From a virus (Duplodnaviria > Caudoviricetes), in the IMG/VR virus record IMGVR_UViG_3300037045_000356, positions 1 through 46,825 of that record: a stretch of DNA of 46,825 nucleotides; one strand, given 5' to 3'. A program made the position numbers and the translations under genes. The notes under the pieces are model-generated. The model saw only the letters and a list, made by a program, of their open reading frames with translations, did no database searches and had not been told where the DNA came from. Shown here piece after piece: positions 1-9,700 of this stretch (positions within the stretch are counted from its first letter, which is position 1; each line of letters starts with the position of its first letter).

Positions 1-1164
1 TTACTCAACTATGTGAGCAGGTTGGTGCGCATTTATGTGATTCAGAAATCCCTTTAATACGGCATCATCGAGCCAGTCAACATATTGCCTCATTGCTTCT
101 AACTGAGTATGAATATATATGGCTGTTGTTTTATTAGTTTCTTTGGGTCCATGACCTAATACATCTGTTATCATTTTATCACTGGCTCCAGCATTGTGCA
201 TAGAGCTTGCGAAAAAATGTCTACAAGCATGAAACGTTGGTTCACCCGGAAACTCCAAATCCTTAATGGTCTTGGTAAATTTGTCCGTAAGATAGTGAGG
301 CAAATAGGGTCGTCCATCTTCCCATGCCAATACATATTGCTCGTCATTGTACTCCTTTTTATATACAGCCTTATGGGCTTCTTGGTTATTCTTATGCCAT
401 TCTAATACCTTTGCTAACCCAGGCGTAAGGGGAACATATCTTTCCGTTTTGTTTTTAGTTGGACCTAAAACGTGTTTGCCATTTTCTTTCTTGCGTGCCT
501 TGTGGATAAACACTGTCATTTTGTTAAAATCAATGTCAGGCCAACGTAAGCCGCAAGTTTCTCCTGCCCTTGTCCCAGTCATACACGAAATAATAATTGC
601 TATCTGGAGCTTAGCATCCGAGTTCATTATAATATAGGCCATCTGTTCAGAATTAAAGTCATATGGTTTAAAGTCTGACTTTGAGGGCGGTTCTACAGCT
701 GCTAACGGGTTCATGCCGAAGGGTATAATACGATCCTTTACCGCACGGTTATAAGCAGCGTGCAGTATTCTATGGTGATACAACACCGAAGTAGACGAAA
801 GCCCCTGGTCTAACTTGCGATTATAATACCCTTTAACCTCGGCTGGTTTAATCCGGTCAAATTGTTTCTGGCCAATTATGTCTTTAGCTATATGAACCTC
901 TATTGTTTCCTTGTAACTTTCATAAGTTCTAATTGCCAGTGTACGCTTTTTATGCACTTCCAGCCACTGCAGCATGAATTGCTCTAGTGTCATTTTGCCT
1001 TTTGTTGTAATGCCCATTTGGTAAGCTACTTTTAATCTAGCTTCTTCTAGCTTAGCCTCCGGCTTTGATCCATAAAACATAAAGGTTTTTTGGTGACGTT
1101 TATTATTTTCGTCTTTTAATTCAATTACTATTTCCCAACCTTTGCCACGTTTACGGATGCTCAA
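1..1164 (-). CDS. int: Tyrosine recombinase (phage integrase)
   Basis: N-terminal arm-binding region; catalytic R (TGTRAGE), HxxR (FHACRH), LGH and Y (TAIYIH) motifs. Confidence 0.95.
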   Translation of the reverse strand: MSIRKRGKGWEIVIELKDENNKRHQKTFMFYGSKPEAKLEEARLKVAYQMGITTKGKMTLEQFMLQWLEVHKKRTLAIRTYESYKETIEVHIAKDIIGQKQFDRIKPAEVKGYYNRKLDQGLSSTSVLYHHRILHAAYNRAVKDRIIPFGMNPLAAVEPPSKSDFKPYDFNSEQMAYIIMNSDAKLQIAIIISCMTGTRAGETCGLRWPDIDFNKMTVFIHKARKKENGKHVLGPTKNKTERYVPLTPGLAKVLEWHKNNQEAHKAVYKKEYNDEQYVLAWEDGRPYLPHYLTDKFTKTIKDLEFPGEPTFHACRHFFASSMHNAGASDKMITDVLGHGPKETNKTTAIYIHTQLEAMRQYVDWLDDAVLKGFLNHINAHQPAHIVE

Positions 1165-1267
1165 ATTATTCCCCTCCCACCAGAAGCATTTCGCACATGC
1201 TCACTATTATCCTTTAGGTAAATATTGGTTTATGATTTGCTTGCTCCAGAATACAGGAACGGCATAA

Positions 1268-1750
1268 TTACATTTTCAGCAAAAGCTCTTGTTTCTTTGA
1301 AGTGAATTCTTCCTCGGTCAATATTCCTAAATCCTTTAATTCAGCTATTTTTTTTATTTGTTCCGCTATATCAATTGTTGGATTGGACTTCTCCTCCTTT
1401 TTCCCAATCCTCTCCTTCACTATTTGTACAAACTGCTGAACATCTCCAGTATTTATCCATTTCATTGAGGTTTTATTCCCTGAAGCAAATAAAGAAATAC
1501 GATGACCCATTAAATCTTTTCCCATATCAATTGAACTTATTGATGAGTACGGAAATACCTCGAGATCATAACCCGCTAGTTTCTTGGCATAAAATACAAG
1601 CCTTTGGTCTGTGGCCAAGAAAATACCATTCCTAACGGTATCGCTCTTCATGATTTTAGTTTCATAGGCCCCTAAGACCGAGGCAATAATATTTTCTCCC
1701 GGTTCTAAGTGAGACTGAGCTTTTTCAATAAGCTTATCTATCTTCGCCAT
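1268..1750 (-). CDS. Bacterial PH-domain protein with C-terminal SHOCT domain
   Basis: GIFLATDQRLVFY PH-like core; IAEQIKKIAELKDLGILTEEEFTSKKQELL is a SHOCT-type motif. Confidence 0.8.
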   Translation of the reverse strand: MAKIDKLIEKAQSHLEPGENIIASVLGAYETKIMKSDTVRNGIFLATDQRLVFYAKKLAGYDLEVFPYSSISSIDMGKDLMGHRISLFASGNKTSMKWINTGDVQQFVQIVKERIGKKEEKSNPTIDIAEQIKKIAELKDLGILTEEEFTSKKQELLLKM

Positions 1751-1927
1751 ATCTATTCCCCTTTTTTATAATTTAATTAATGAAATTAGTCATTACAATT
1801 TTGTGCTATAAATATACAAATAAATACATTGTATTTTTATATTCGCCATAATATATCACCCAGTAAATGTAAATGTCCCTATGAAACACAAAAACCGCTA
1901 TCGCGTAGCAGTTGTTTTTCTGTTTAT

Positions 1928-2458
1928 TTATACATTTGCTGTTCTCTTAAAGCATTGGTTGGATGTTTCCCGCCCTTGCATGCCTAGTTCATCCAACCGG
2001 TTAATCATGGCTGTCCAAGATACCTTAAATATTTCTTTTAGCTCAAATATGTCTCCAGCTCCTAAAGGTGGGTCTGCTAGTTCTCTCATCCATTCTTCTG
2101 GCATAAGCAGGCTAGCTGCAAATACATCGGCTTCCCGATCAAGTTTACGGTAGCTCTGGTTTGGCAAATTAAATAAATCATATTTATGATGCCCTAGTAT
2201 AACGTGTCCTAGTTCGTGGGCGGTAGTAAATGAATCTCTGCCGCTTGGGAGATCAGCATTAATGTGAATTTCATAAATACCATTTTTAAATCTCGAAATG
2301 CCTTCCTCGTGTTCAAAATCAGGATTTTGCCAATTGTGAAAATAGTATATTTTAGCAAACTTCATAGTGAATTTTAGTATATTGATATATGGCCCATATA
2401 TATCATGTTCCTGTCTCAATAAGTGAGCTACATATCTTGCTTGTAATAATCGCGGCGT
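1928..2458 (-). CDS. ImmA/IrrE family metallopeptidase (anti-repressor); probable ACG start at 2458 (ORF track uses TTG at 2419)
   Basis: FTTAHELGH (HExxH) and EADVFAASLLMP motifs; directly downstream of the repressor; GGAGGAG RBS precedes the ACG. Confidence 0.85.
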   Translation of the reverse strand, partial: TPRLLQARYVAHLLRQEHDIYGPYINILKFTMKFAKIYYFHNWQNPDFEHEEGISRFKNGIYEIHINADLPSGRDSFTTAHELGHVILGHHKYDLFNLPNQSYRKLDREADVFAASLLMPEEWMRELADPPLGAGDIFELKEIFKVSWTAMINRLDELGMQGRETSNQCFKRTANV

Positions 2459-2481
2459 CTGATACTCCTCCCCTCAGGGCA

Positions 2482-2850
2482 TCAATCTTCAACGTCTTCT
2501 GGTTTTACTTCAATTGACAGTTCGAGAATTTTTGCTATACGTCTCCTTTCGTTTAAAGATGGTTTTTGGCCTTTGCGGCGAAGAATGTTATATACTTCCG
2601 GCCAGTCTTCAGCAACATGATCCGTGGCATTAGACTTGGGGTTATTGGTCTTTCCAAAAAGATAATCGGTAGATACTTCATATATGTCGGCCAATTTATT
2701 TAACAGAGGTGTATCTGGATCACGTTCTCCGCGCTCATAATTAGATAGCGATTGACTAGTAATGTTCAGTAGCGAAGCTACATATACTTGTGACCAGCCT
2801 TTCTTTTCTCGCGCCAAACGCAGCCGTTCTCCTAACATCATATATTCCAC
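2482..2850 (-). CDS. XRE-family HTH immunity repressor (ImmR-like)
   Basis: RLRLAREKKGWSQ...SNYERGERDP HTH; divergent from the cro-like gene, followed by ImmA. Confidence 0.9.
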   Translation of the reverse strand: MEYMMLGERLRLAREKKGWSQVYVASLLNITSQSLSNYERGERDPDTPLLNKLADIYEVSTDYLFGKTNNPKSNATDHVAEDWPEVYNILRRKGQKPSLNERRRIAKILELSIEVKPEDVED

Positions 2851-2875
2851 CTCCTCTTTACCATCTTAATACATT

Positions 2876-2977
2876 TTAAACGGCAAGAATAAAATATTAA
2901 ACAAAAAGTAGAAAAAACACTTGACTTAAACATAGCGTGTAATTTAAAATACAGTTAAGGTTAAACGCTCCGTTGAA
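2876..2977. promoter_or_regulatory. Lysis/lysogeny switch: four operator-like 17-mers (TTAAACN-N3-half site) and a rightward sigmaA promoter
   Basis: Sites at 2876, 2897, 2926 and 2961; TTGACT (2921)-18 bp-TAAAAT (2945). Confidence 0.7.
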
Positions 2978-2982
2978 AAGAG

Positions 2983-3243
2983 GTGAAAAACATGAGGAGT
3001 AAAACACCCCAGCATATAGGTCCTAACATTAGGAGAATACGAAAAGAAAAGGGATTTACGATTACTTTCATTGCAAATAAATTGAGTAAATCCCCGCAAT
3101 GGCTAAGCAATATAGAAAAGTCTCGGAGAGGTATTTCGCCTGATGAACTATATGAGATAGCCCGTATTTTAAATGAAGATATTAATATATTTTTTGAGAA
3201 AACATTAAACGAAGCGTTTAAATATACCGGCACCGACTCCTAA
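2983..3243 (+). CDS. Cro-like XRE HTH regulator
   Basis: IRRIRKEKG...LSNIEKSRR HTH; divergent from the repressor. Confidence 0.85.
   Translation: MKNMRSKTPQHIGPNIRRIRKEKGFTITFIANKLSKSPQWLSNIEKSRRGISPDELYEIARILNEDINIFFEKTLNEAFKYTGTDS
3205..3221. promoter_or_regulatory. Symmetric operator-like site TTAAACG-AAG-CGTTTAA inside the cro 3' end
   Basis: Perfectly symmetric version of the motif repeated at 2876-2977. Confidence 0.6.
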
Positions 3244-3308
3244 TTCCTAGTATCGCACCTAACCAGTGAATTAAACCACCGGTAAATTGTAGCAAGGGAG
3301 GAAGCTTG

Positions 3309-3467
3309 ATGAATTACAAGGATGATCTTAACCAATGCAACAAGTTATACCGCAAACATGTAAGTTTCGCAATGTTCGCCAGAGATAAGATGCCCGAATA
3401 TATAAAACGGTGCGAAGCCTTAGAAAAAGGGATGGCCGAAATTAAGCGGATTATAGATGAGCTGTAG
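3309..3467 (+). CDS. Small hypothetical protein (52 aa, not in ORF track)
   Basis: GGGAGG RBS; open frame MNYKDDLNQC...IIDEL. Confidence 0.6.
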   Translation: MNYKDDLNQCNKLYRKHVSFAMFARDKMPEYIKRCEALEKGMAEIKRIIDEL

Positions 3468-3479
3468 AGGAGGGATAAT

Positions 3480-3752
3480 ATGCCGAGATACCCAAAAAAA
3501 GAAAGACCAGTATATAACGATTATTCAAGTTTGCCCGTAGTCCTTCGCGCTAATCACGTTGTTGATTTTATGGATTGCTGTGAAGCAACAGCACTAAAAT
3601 TAATCCGCCAGTGGGATAAAAAGAAACTGTTTCCAGTTATTTGGTGCGGAAACTCTCCGCGAATCAACCGGGACGCTTTTTTAAATTACTTTAGCGGAGG
3701 GTTAGCCGTCCAGCCCCAGCAGGGGAACCAGAGCCGGGCGGCAGGAGAGTAA
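3480..3752 (+). CDS. Excisionase-like winged-HTH DNA-binding protein
   Basis: LPVVLRANHV...FPVIWCG.SPRINRDAF pattern; position after cro. Confidence 0.6.
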   Translation: MPRYPKKERPVYNDYSSLPVVLRANHVVDFMDCCEATALKLIRQWDKKKLFPVIWCGNSPRINRDAFLNYFSGGLAVQPQQGNQSRAAGE

Positions 3753-3821
3753 ATTTTCAAAGAGCGAGGGGGTGGTAGAGGTTTATACAACTATTATTCC
3801 ATGAGAGGAGGTGAGAAGAGA

Positions 3822-4286
3822 ATGAAGAAAGCGCGCAAAAACATCTATAAAACCAGCAGAGAAGATGCGGGATTGAGCCAAGAAGGAGCAGTTGAACATT
3901 TGTACATTTCAACCAGGTCGCTATCTGACTATGAAGCTGGGCGAACTATCCCAGGGGATGATATTGTTTGCCGAATGATAGAAACCTATAACGCACCAGA
4001 ACTGGCATACCTGCATTTAAAAACGAACACCGAGGTAGGCAGGCGGTATCTTCCAGAGATATGTTTGGATGAGCTGCCAAGGGCAGTACTTAGGTTACAG
4101 AAAGAAAGCCGGGACATGCAAGCCAGGGAAGTAGATTTAATTTCCATAGCTTGTGATGGTGAGATTGATAGTACAGAGCAGTCAATTTGGGAAAAGACCA
4201 AAAGGGAACTACAGGAGCTAGCGGGGGCAGCCCTGGCAGTATTGTACACCAGAAAAGAAAAGAGACCGCTCGAAGCGGCCAGATAA
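3822..4286 (+). CDS. XRE HTH phage regulatory protein
   Basis: REDAGLSQE...SLSDYEAGRTIP HTH; GGAGGTGA RBS before ATG 3822. Confidence 0.8.
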   Translation: MKKARKNIYKTSREDAGLSQEGAVEHLYISTRSLSDYEAGRTIPGDDIVCRMIETYNAPELAYLHLKTNTEVGRRYLPEICLDELPRAVLRLQKESRDMQAREVDLISIACDGEIDSTEQSIWEKTKRELQELAGAALAVLYTRKEKRPLEAAR

Positions 4287-4335
4287 AAAATTTGCAACTT
4301 CATTGTATCACAGTTTTTAGGGAGGCAACAAGAAA

Positions 4336-4539
4336 ATGCTTAACAAGCATATCGAAGCGATAATTCAGGCCAGTGAACTAACTACTGCAAAGGTAGACAT
4401 AGGTGGCGAGGAATACAGTCTTTTTATTCAGCGGTGTTCAGATGGACTTTATTCAGTAGATTTTGGCGGTCGATTGGGTGATCTGGAGGCCGTCAGTGAT
4501 TTGCTCAGCAGACTAGATCTTAAACAGTTTTGCAACTGA
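4336..4539 (+). CDS. Hypothetical protein
   Basis: GGGAGG RBS, co-oriented ORF. Confidence 0.65.
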   Translation: MLNKHIEAIIQASELTTAKVDIGGEEYSLFIQRCSDGLYSVDFGGRLGDLEAVSDLLSRLDLKQFCN

Positions 4540-4606
4540 AATCAACATCCTCCCCCCGATTGGTGTTGGACGGTTGGGGACCAAATAAAAAGAGGAGTTG
4601 AGCGAT

Positions 4607-4708
4607 ATGAATAGATGCCCTAATTGCGGTAGCAGCCTAACAACCCCGCTACATGGAGATCAAGGAAATCATTATTGTGAACATTGCGGAAATATATTCA
4701 AATCCTGA
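4607..4708 (+). CDS. 33-aa zinc-ribbon peptide
   Basis: GAGGAG RBS; CPNCG...CEHCG pairs. Confidence 0.55.
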   Translation: MNRCPNCGSSLTTPLHGDQGNHYCEHCGNIFKS

Positions 4709-4868
4709 AACCAATAGGCCTCTGCCGATGAAGTGGTTAACTGGCCGGACGAGGCGGGGCCGATGATGATATGAAATGAATGATTCTAACATTAGTAATG
4801 GGAAGCACGTCTGGCGGATGTGGGCCGGCCAGTCTACCGCCAGACCGTCCCAGTTTAGAAAGTGAGGA

Positions 4869-5210
4869 ATGGAAATGCTCACACCTGAGATTATTGAGAA
4901 AATCAAACAGTTTAAAAACTTGCATCGGGAGATAAAGAAAGAATTGGGCGCAGTGGCCGTTCGGGACGACGGGGTTGAAGGAGATGTGTTTTTAAACATG
5001 GATAGCTTCATGAATGAGTTTAAGCACTTTGAGGTGCAGGATAGGGAAATGAGTGACTACCCGTACAGATTGGCGGCGACCATTGAGGGCATTACGTTTT
5101 TTGCCATATGTAACGCCGAAGAGACTGAGAAAGCAGGGATATGTACTAGAAGGGAAGTGCAGTCATGGGCTCAATCACAACCTACATGCCCGAGTTCGAG
5201 CAGTTACTAG
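4869..5210 (+). CDS. Hypothetical protein
   Basis: ORF in the early operon. Confidence 0.65.
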   Translation: MEMLTPEIIEKIKQFKNLHREIKKELGAVAVRDDGVEGDVFLNMDSFMNEFKHFEVQDREMSDYPYRLAATIEGITFFAICNAEETEKAGICTRREVQSWAQSQPTCPSSSSY

Positions 5211-5422
5211 CTGACATGGAGCTACAGATGTCAATCATAAAAGAAGTATCTGTAGAGATGCAAAAGAGATTCCCCGACCAAAACCCGGCTGTCGTTGAGC
5301 GCAATTTGTACCAGGCAGCATATATGGAGGGTATCAAGGAGTTAAGGAAGGCGATTGCCTTTATTAAAAAGGATTGCCGGGAGTTTACGGTTGAAGAGGA
5401 CGAAATGAAGGAGGCGGTATAG
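5165..5422 (+). CDS. Hypothetical protein
   Basis: ORF with RBS in the early operon. Confidence 0.6.
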   Translation: MGSITTYMPEFEQLLADMELQMSIIKEVSVEMQKRFPDQNPAVVERNLYQAAYMEGIKELRKAIAFIKKDCREFTVEEDEMKEAV

Positions 5423-5755
5423 ATGGATAGAGTAGCAGTTATTATCCGGCTGACAGAACTGCCGGGCGAGATAGAGGGACGTGAGAACGATTTACTGGAT
5501 GCTCAGGAAGACCTAAACAAGTTTAAAGAGGGCCTTATCGATCAGCAAAACGCACTTCTGGAGAGTGGGGCTATTGATGGAAAGAATGCCGAACTAAGAT
5601 CGGCACAGATGCGTAATCTAACCAACAAAGAGCGGGTTGAGGTTGCGGAAGCTGAGAATGTTGTCGCGGCAGCCCGGATAAATCTAAACCGAGCTGTAAA
5701 CCAGTTTAAGGCATACCGGGCTGTAGCAAAGCTATTAGATCAGGGGGTGGAGTAA
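5423..5755 (+). CDS. Coiled-coil protein of the recombination module
   Basis: Helical, GKNAELR motif; lies upstream of the recombination genes. Confidence 0.65.
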   Translation: MDRVAVIIRLTELPGEIEGRENDLLDAQEDLNKFKEGLIDQQNALLESGAIDGKNAELRSAQMRNLTNKERVEVAEAENVVAAARINLNRAVNQFKAYRAVAKLLDQGVE

Positions 5756-6724
5756 TTGGGAATGGCAGAGAAAAGTATTGCAGTTATTAATGAGTTCCCA
5801 CCCAATAAATACAATCTGTTAATCCCAGTAATCACCATGCAAGAGATTAGCCCCCTGCACAAAATTATATTTAATCAGGTTCAGATTAGTTCTGATGTGG
5901 CTGATGGTGACGTTTATCCACAAAAGAATGATGACGGAATAAAGAAATTCTCCTTAACAAAAACCGGATTATTAAAGTTGATGACAGCTGCCAACGTAGT
6001 TGAGGAAGAGAGTAAAAAGATTCTTCCAACAGGCTGCCATCGATGCGTTGAAGCGGCTCAGATGACTAAAGTTGCACCTCAGTGCGGTAATTGCAAAGGT
6101 AAAACCGACGTGGCGTATCAGATTTCATTACTGGTTCCGGATCCTGCAGGTGGATACCGTAGATATGTAGGGTCAAAAGAAATGACTAAAGATACTTACT
6201 CCGGCAAACCAGAACACATGGCTGCTCAATGTGAAACCAAAGCGTTTCTACGAGCCGTGAGAGCCGGATTAGGTATTAAGGGATCTTACACGGCTGCTGA
6301 ACTTGCAAAACCTTTTGTGGTTGCTCTTGTAGTTCCTAATCTTAATGACCCAGAACTTAAGGCCAAGGTACTTGATCGTTACGCGGGAAATGTTGCATCC
6401 CTGTTTGGTGGTGTTCCAGAGCGTGCTGCTTTAGCAGCTCCCATTACCCAGACTGTAGTTGTTGACAGTTATGAGAGCGATAATAGATCGCCTATTGAAC
6501 CAGAAGTGATATCTCCTGGTGGTTCCTATAGTGCTGAGACCCCCCCATGGCCAGAAGATGAAGACCCCATGGCAAATGCTTTATGGTGTGCTGACTGCGC
6601 AACCCTCATAGAGCAATCGGGTTCCAAAACTCCCGATATGATACGCGAGTATTCCACTAAAACCTTTGGCCGCTGCCTATGTCTAGATTGCCAGAAGGAA
6701 GCCAGGAAGTCAGGTGGTCGCTAA
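5756..6724 (+). CDS. Putative recombination/annealing-associated protein with Cys clusters
   Basis: CxxC pairs; coupled (TAATG) to the SbcCD fusion; function inferred from position. Confidence 0.55.
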   Translation: MGMAEKSIAVINEFPPNKYNLLIPVITMQEISPLHKIIFNQVQISSDVADGDVYPQKNDDGIKKFSLTKTGLLKLMTAANVVEEESKKILPTGCHRCVEAAQMTKVAPQCGNCKGKTDVAYQISLLVPDPAGGYRRYVGSKEMTKDTYSGKPEHMAAQCETKAFLRAVRAGLGIKGSYTAAELAKPFVVALVVPNLNDPELKAKVLDRYAGNVASLFGGVPERAALAAPITQTVVVDSYESDNRSPIEPEVISPGGSYSAETPPWPEDEDPMANALWCADCATLIEQSGSKTPDMIREYSTKTFGRCLCLDCQKEARKSGGR

Positions 6725-9700
6725 TGAAGATTTTTCATACTGGTGATATTCATCTTGGAGAATTGAATGGGCCTGTTATTAATGGTGAGAACGCACGCAT
6801 GCAAGACACTATTAGGTGCATGGACTTTCTAGTTCAGAAAGCTGAAGAGGAACAGCCAGATGTAATAGTTATTGCCGGGGATCTTTTCCACAAAAGCAAA
6901 CTATGGGGAGATCAGATCCTTAAGGAGATCAACATTATCGCAGGTTGGTTAAGAAAGTTAACCTGGATCTCTCCCACAGTAGTGTTATTTGGAACTGATA
7001 ATCATGATAACAATAGAGCTTTCGAGACATTGCGCGGCATGAGCATTCCCAACCGCTACATTATTACTCAACCCCAACTGCTGACCATTGAAACCAAGTC
7101 CGGCCCTCTGCAAGTAGCAGGGGTACCGGGATTGGATAAGGGGCACTTCAGAACTCTTTGCCCTGGCATGGATAAAGAGGATGAGAATAAAGTGTGCTCT
7201 CAGATGCTGGGGGATGTGATCCTAGGCCTTGGTGCTCAAATTAACTCTTCAATCCCATCTGTTCTATTAGCCCACTATACGGTGGTTGGTTGTGAATTAG
7301 AGAATGGTGAACATGTATTCCTTCAGAACGATGTGGTACTTCCTAAGGAAGCTCTTGCAGCCAGTCCATTTGATATTGTTTGCCTGGGTCATATCCATAA
7401 GGCTCAAGAAGTATCAGGGTGTGGAAGGCCTACTTATTATTGCGGACCGGTGAACGGGATTACTTTCAACGAAGAAGGGCAGGATAAGGGCTTTTGGATT
7501 CATGATATTAATACCTGGGAGTCACGTTTTACAACCACCCCATATCGGCCATTCCTAACTATATATGGGGATTTTAGAGAAGTGATAGATATTAATGAAT
7601 ATATCCGGCAGGAAATAGCCGGTATCTATCCGCATGGTGCACTGCTTCAATGTGATGCGACGGGCAAGATAGTCCGGTTTCATTATCAATGTACGGAGGA
7701 GCAGAAGAAGCAAATCAACCATAAAGCCATAGAGGAGGCTTTAAAAACTGCTGCTGCATTTTATGTTCATGAAATTAAGCCAATCCAGGTCATAAATGAA
7801 TTACAGAAGCAGGGTATGTCTGAAACCGAAGGCCCGTTAGAAAACCTTACAACCTGGTTGCTGACAGAAGGATTTTCTGCAGAAGAAGTTGTTTCCATTG
7901 TGGATCTAGCCCGGCCAATGGTTGATACCATATCAGCTAAGATGCCTACCGGGAAACTATCCGGGGTATTTGAGCCAGTTCGTCTTGAAGTCAAACACTA
8001 CCGTTCTTACCGCGAAGAATCATTCGATTTCTCCCAGATAAACTTTGCCACCGTAAATGGACCCAATGGGGTTGGCAAAAGCGCTTTCTTTATGGATGCC
8101 ATCAGCGATTGTCTCTATGAGGAAACCCGCGAGGGAGAGATCACCGGCTGGATATCAAATGGTACCGATATAAAGTCAGGCTCAATGACCTTTGAATTTA
8201 AGATGGGAGACTCTAATTGGCGTGTTGTCAGAACCAGAGCCAAGAGCGGAAAAATCACATTAGCTCTGCAAGAGATGATAGAAAGCCAGTGGGCAGATAA
8301 GGGCGGTACCACCACAAAAGACACCCAGGCCAAAATAGTAGATCTGCTGGGTATGGACGCTATGACGTTCAGGTCCTGCGCTCTTATAATGCAGGATAAT
8401 TACGGTTTATTCTTGGAAGCTGATCGGGGAGATCGGATGGAGGTATTGGCTAATATACTCGGGCTGAATGTATATGAGCAATTATCTGATCTGGCGAAGG
8501 TTAAGGTCACCGATGTAAATAGATCTCTGGAGCAGACTAAAACCAAGATTGCTGATCTCACTCAGAAGCTTACCGTCAAGCCAAACTTAGAAGAAGAACT
8601 GGCCCAGGTTAAACAGGAGATTACCAATATCAACAATGAGATAGAAACCACCGAGAAACAACTCCTCGCGGCTCAGGTATTACTAAAAGGCATGGAAATG
8701 AGCCAGGCCAGGGCCGATGAGGTTTGCAAACAAATAAAACTCCTTAAAGGTGAGATTGGTTTAAAACAAAAAGACATTGATCTTCACCGGGACCGGATTA
8801 CGGCTCAGCAGAAGATTCTGGACGTTGAACAAACCATTTTAGATAAGGTTAAAGAATTGGATGAGGTAAAAGGTCAGATAAATACCATCCAGGCCAAGTT
8901 GCCTCAGGTTCAGGAACTTAAATCCCGGCAAGCGCAAATACAGTCGGATTGCAATAAAGCCCAGTCAGAAAAGCAGCAACTGGAGAAACGGGTCCGGGAT
9001 CTGGAAGAGGAGCTGGCCAGCCGGGATGAATATGAGAAGGCAGCTGCAGAGTATCAAGAGGCCTTGGTCAATTTGGCTGACATTGATAAAAAAGGCCGAC
9101 AGCATGAGTCTCTTAGAGAGTCAATATTGGCTATTGAAAGACCCTTAGATTCATATTGCAACCAGTATTCCATTAAAAATACTGAATTATCAAGTTGCAA
9201 AGATAGAACCAATATTTTAGCCAATTCCATGTGTATTGAGATAGATAAGGCTCAGTGCAACTTCCTTGCAGATGCTCAAGCAGCTAAAGCCAGGATCCCG
9301 AATCTGGAAGAAGAGATTGCTGAAATTGTGGAGAGGCAAAATCCGCTTAGGGAGCAAATCAAAGCCTTGGAAATCGAACAGGATGGGATTGGCTATGATT
9401 CGGATGTTCATTACGAAACCAAGATGCTGGTTGAAAGCTTAAGGCCTAAAGCAGAGAAAGCCGCCCAGATGGTTAGCAAAAAAGAATTATTAGATGACCT
9501 TAGACGCCAACTGGAACAATATTCAGAGCGGCTCCAAACCTTGAAGGTCAGTCTCGATGAAACGGTCAAGATTCTGCATGATCTACTCATAGAAATTGAA
9601 CCCTTGACAGCTCTGGAAGCAAAATTACCTACCCTGCAAAAATGGGCTGATGGAAAAGATAAGCTGCCGGCAGCTAGAGAGATCATCAAGGCATCTAATG

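Noticed and set aside
24-51. GGTGCGCATTT in the integrase 3' end resembles a XerC arm
   Set aside because: No matching second arm at 6-bp spacing; cannot be called a dif-like or att site
4741-4850. GC-rich hairpin GTCTGGCGG...CCGCCAGAC in an early intergenic gap
   Set aside because: Could be an attenuator or RNA, but no recognisable family or supporting context
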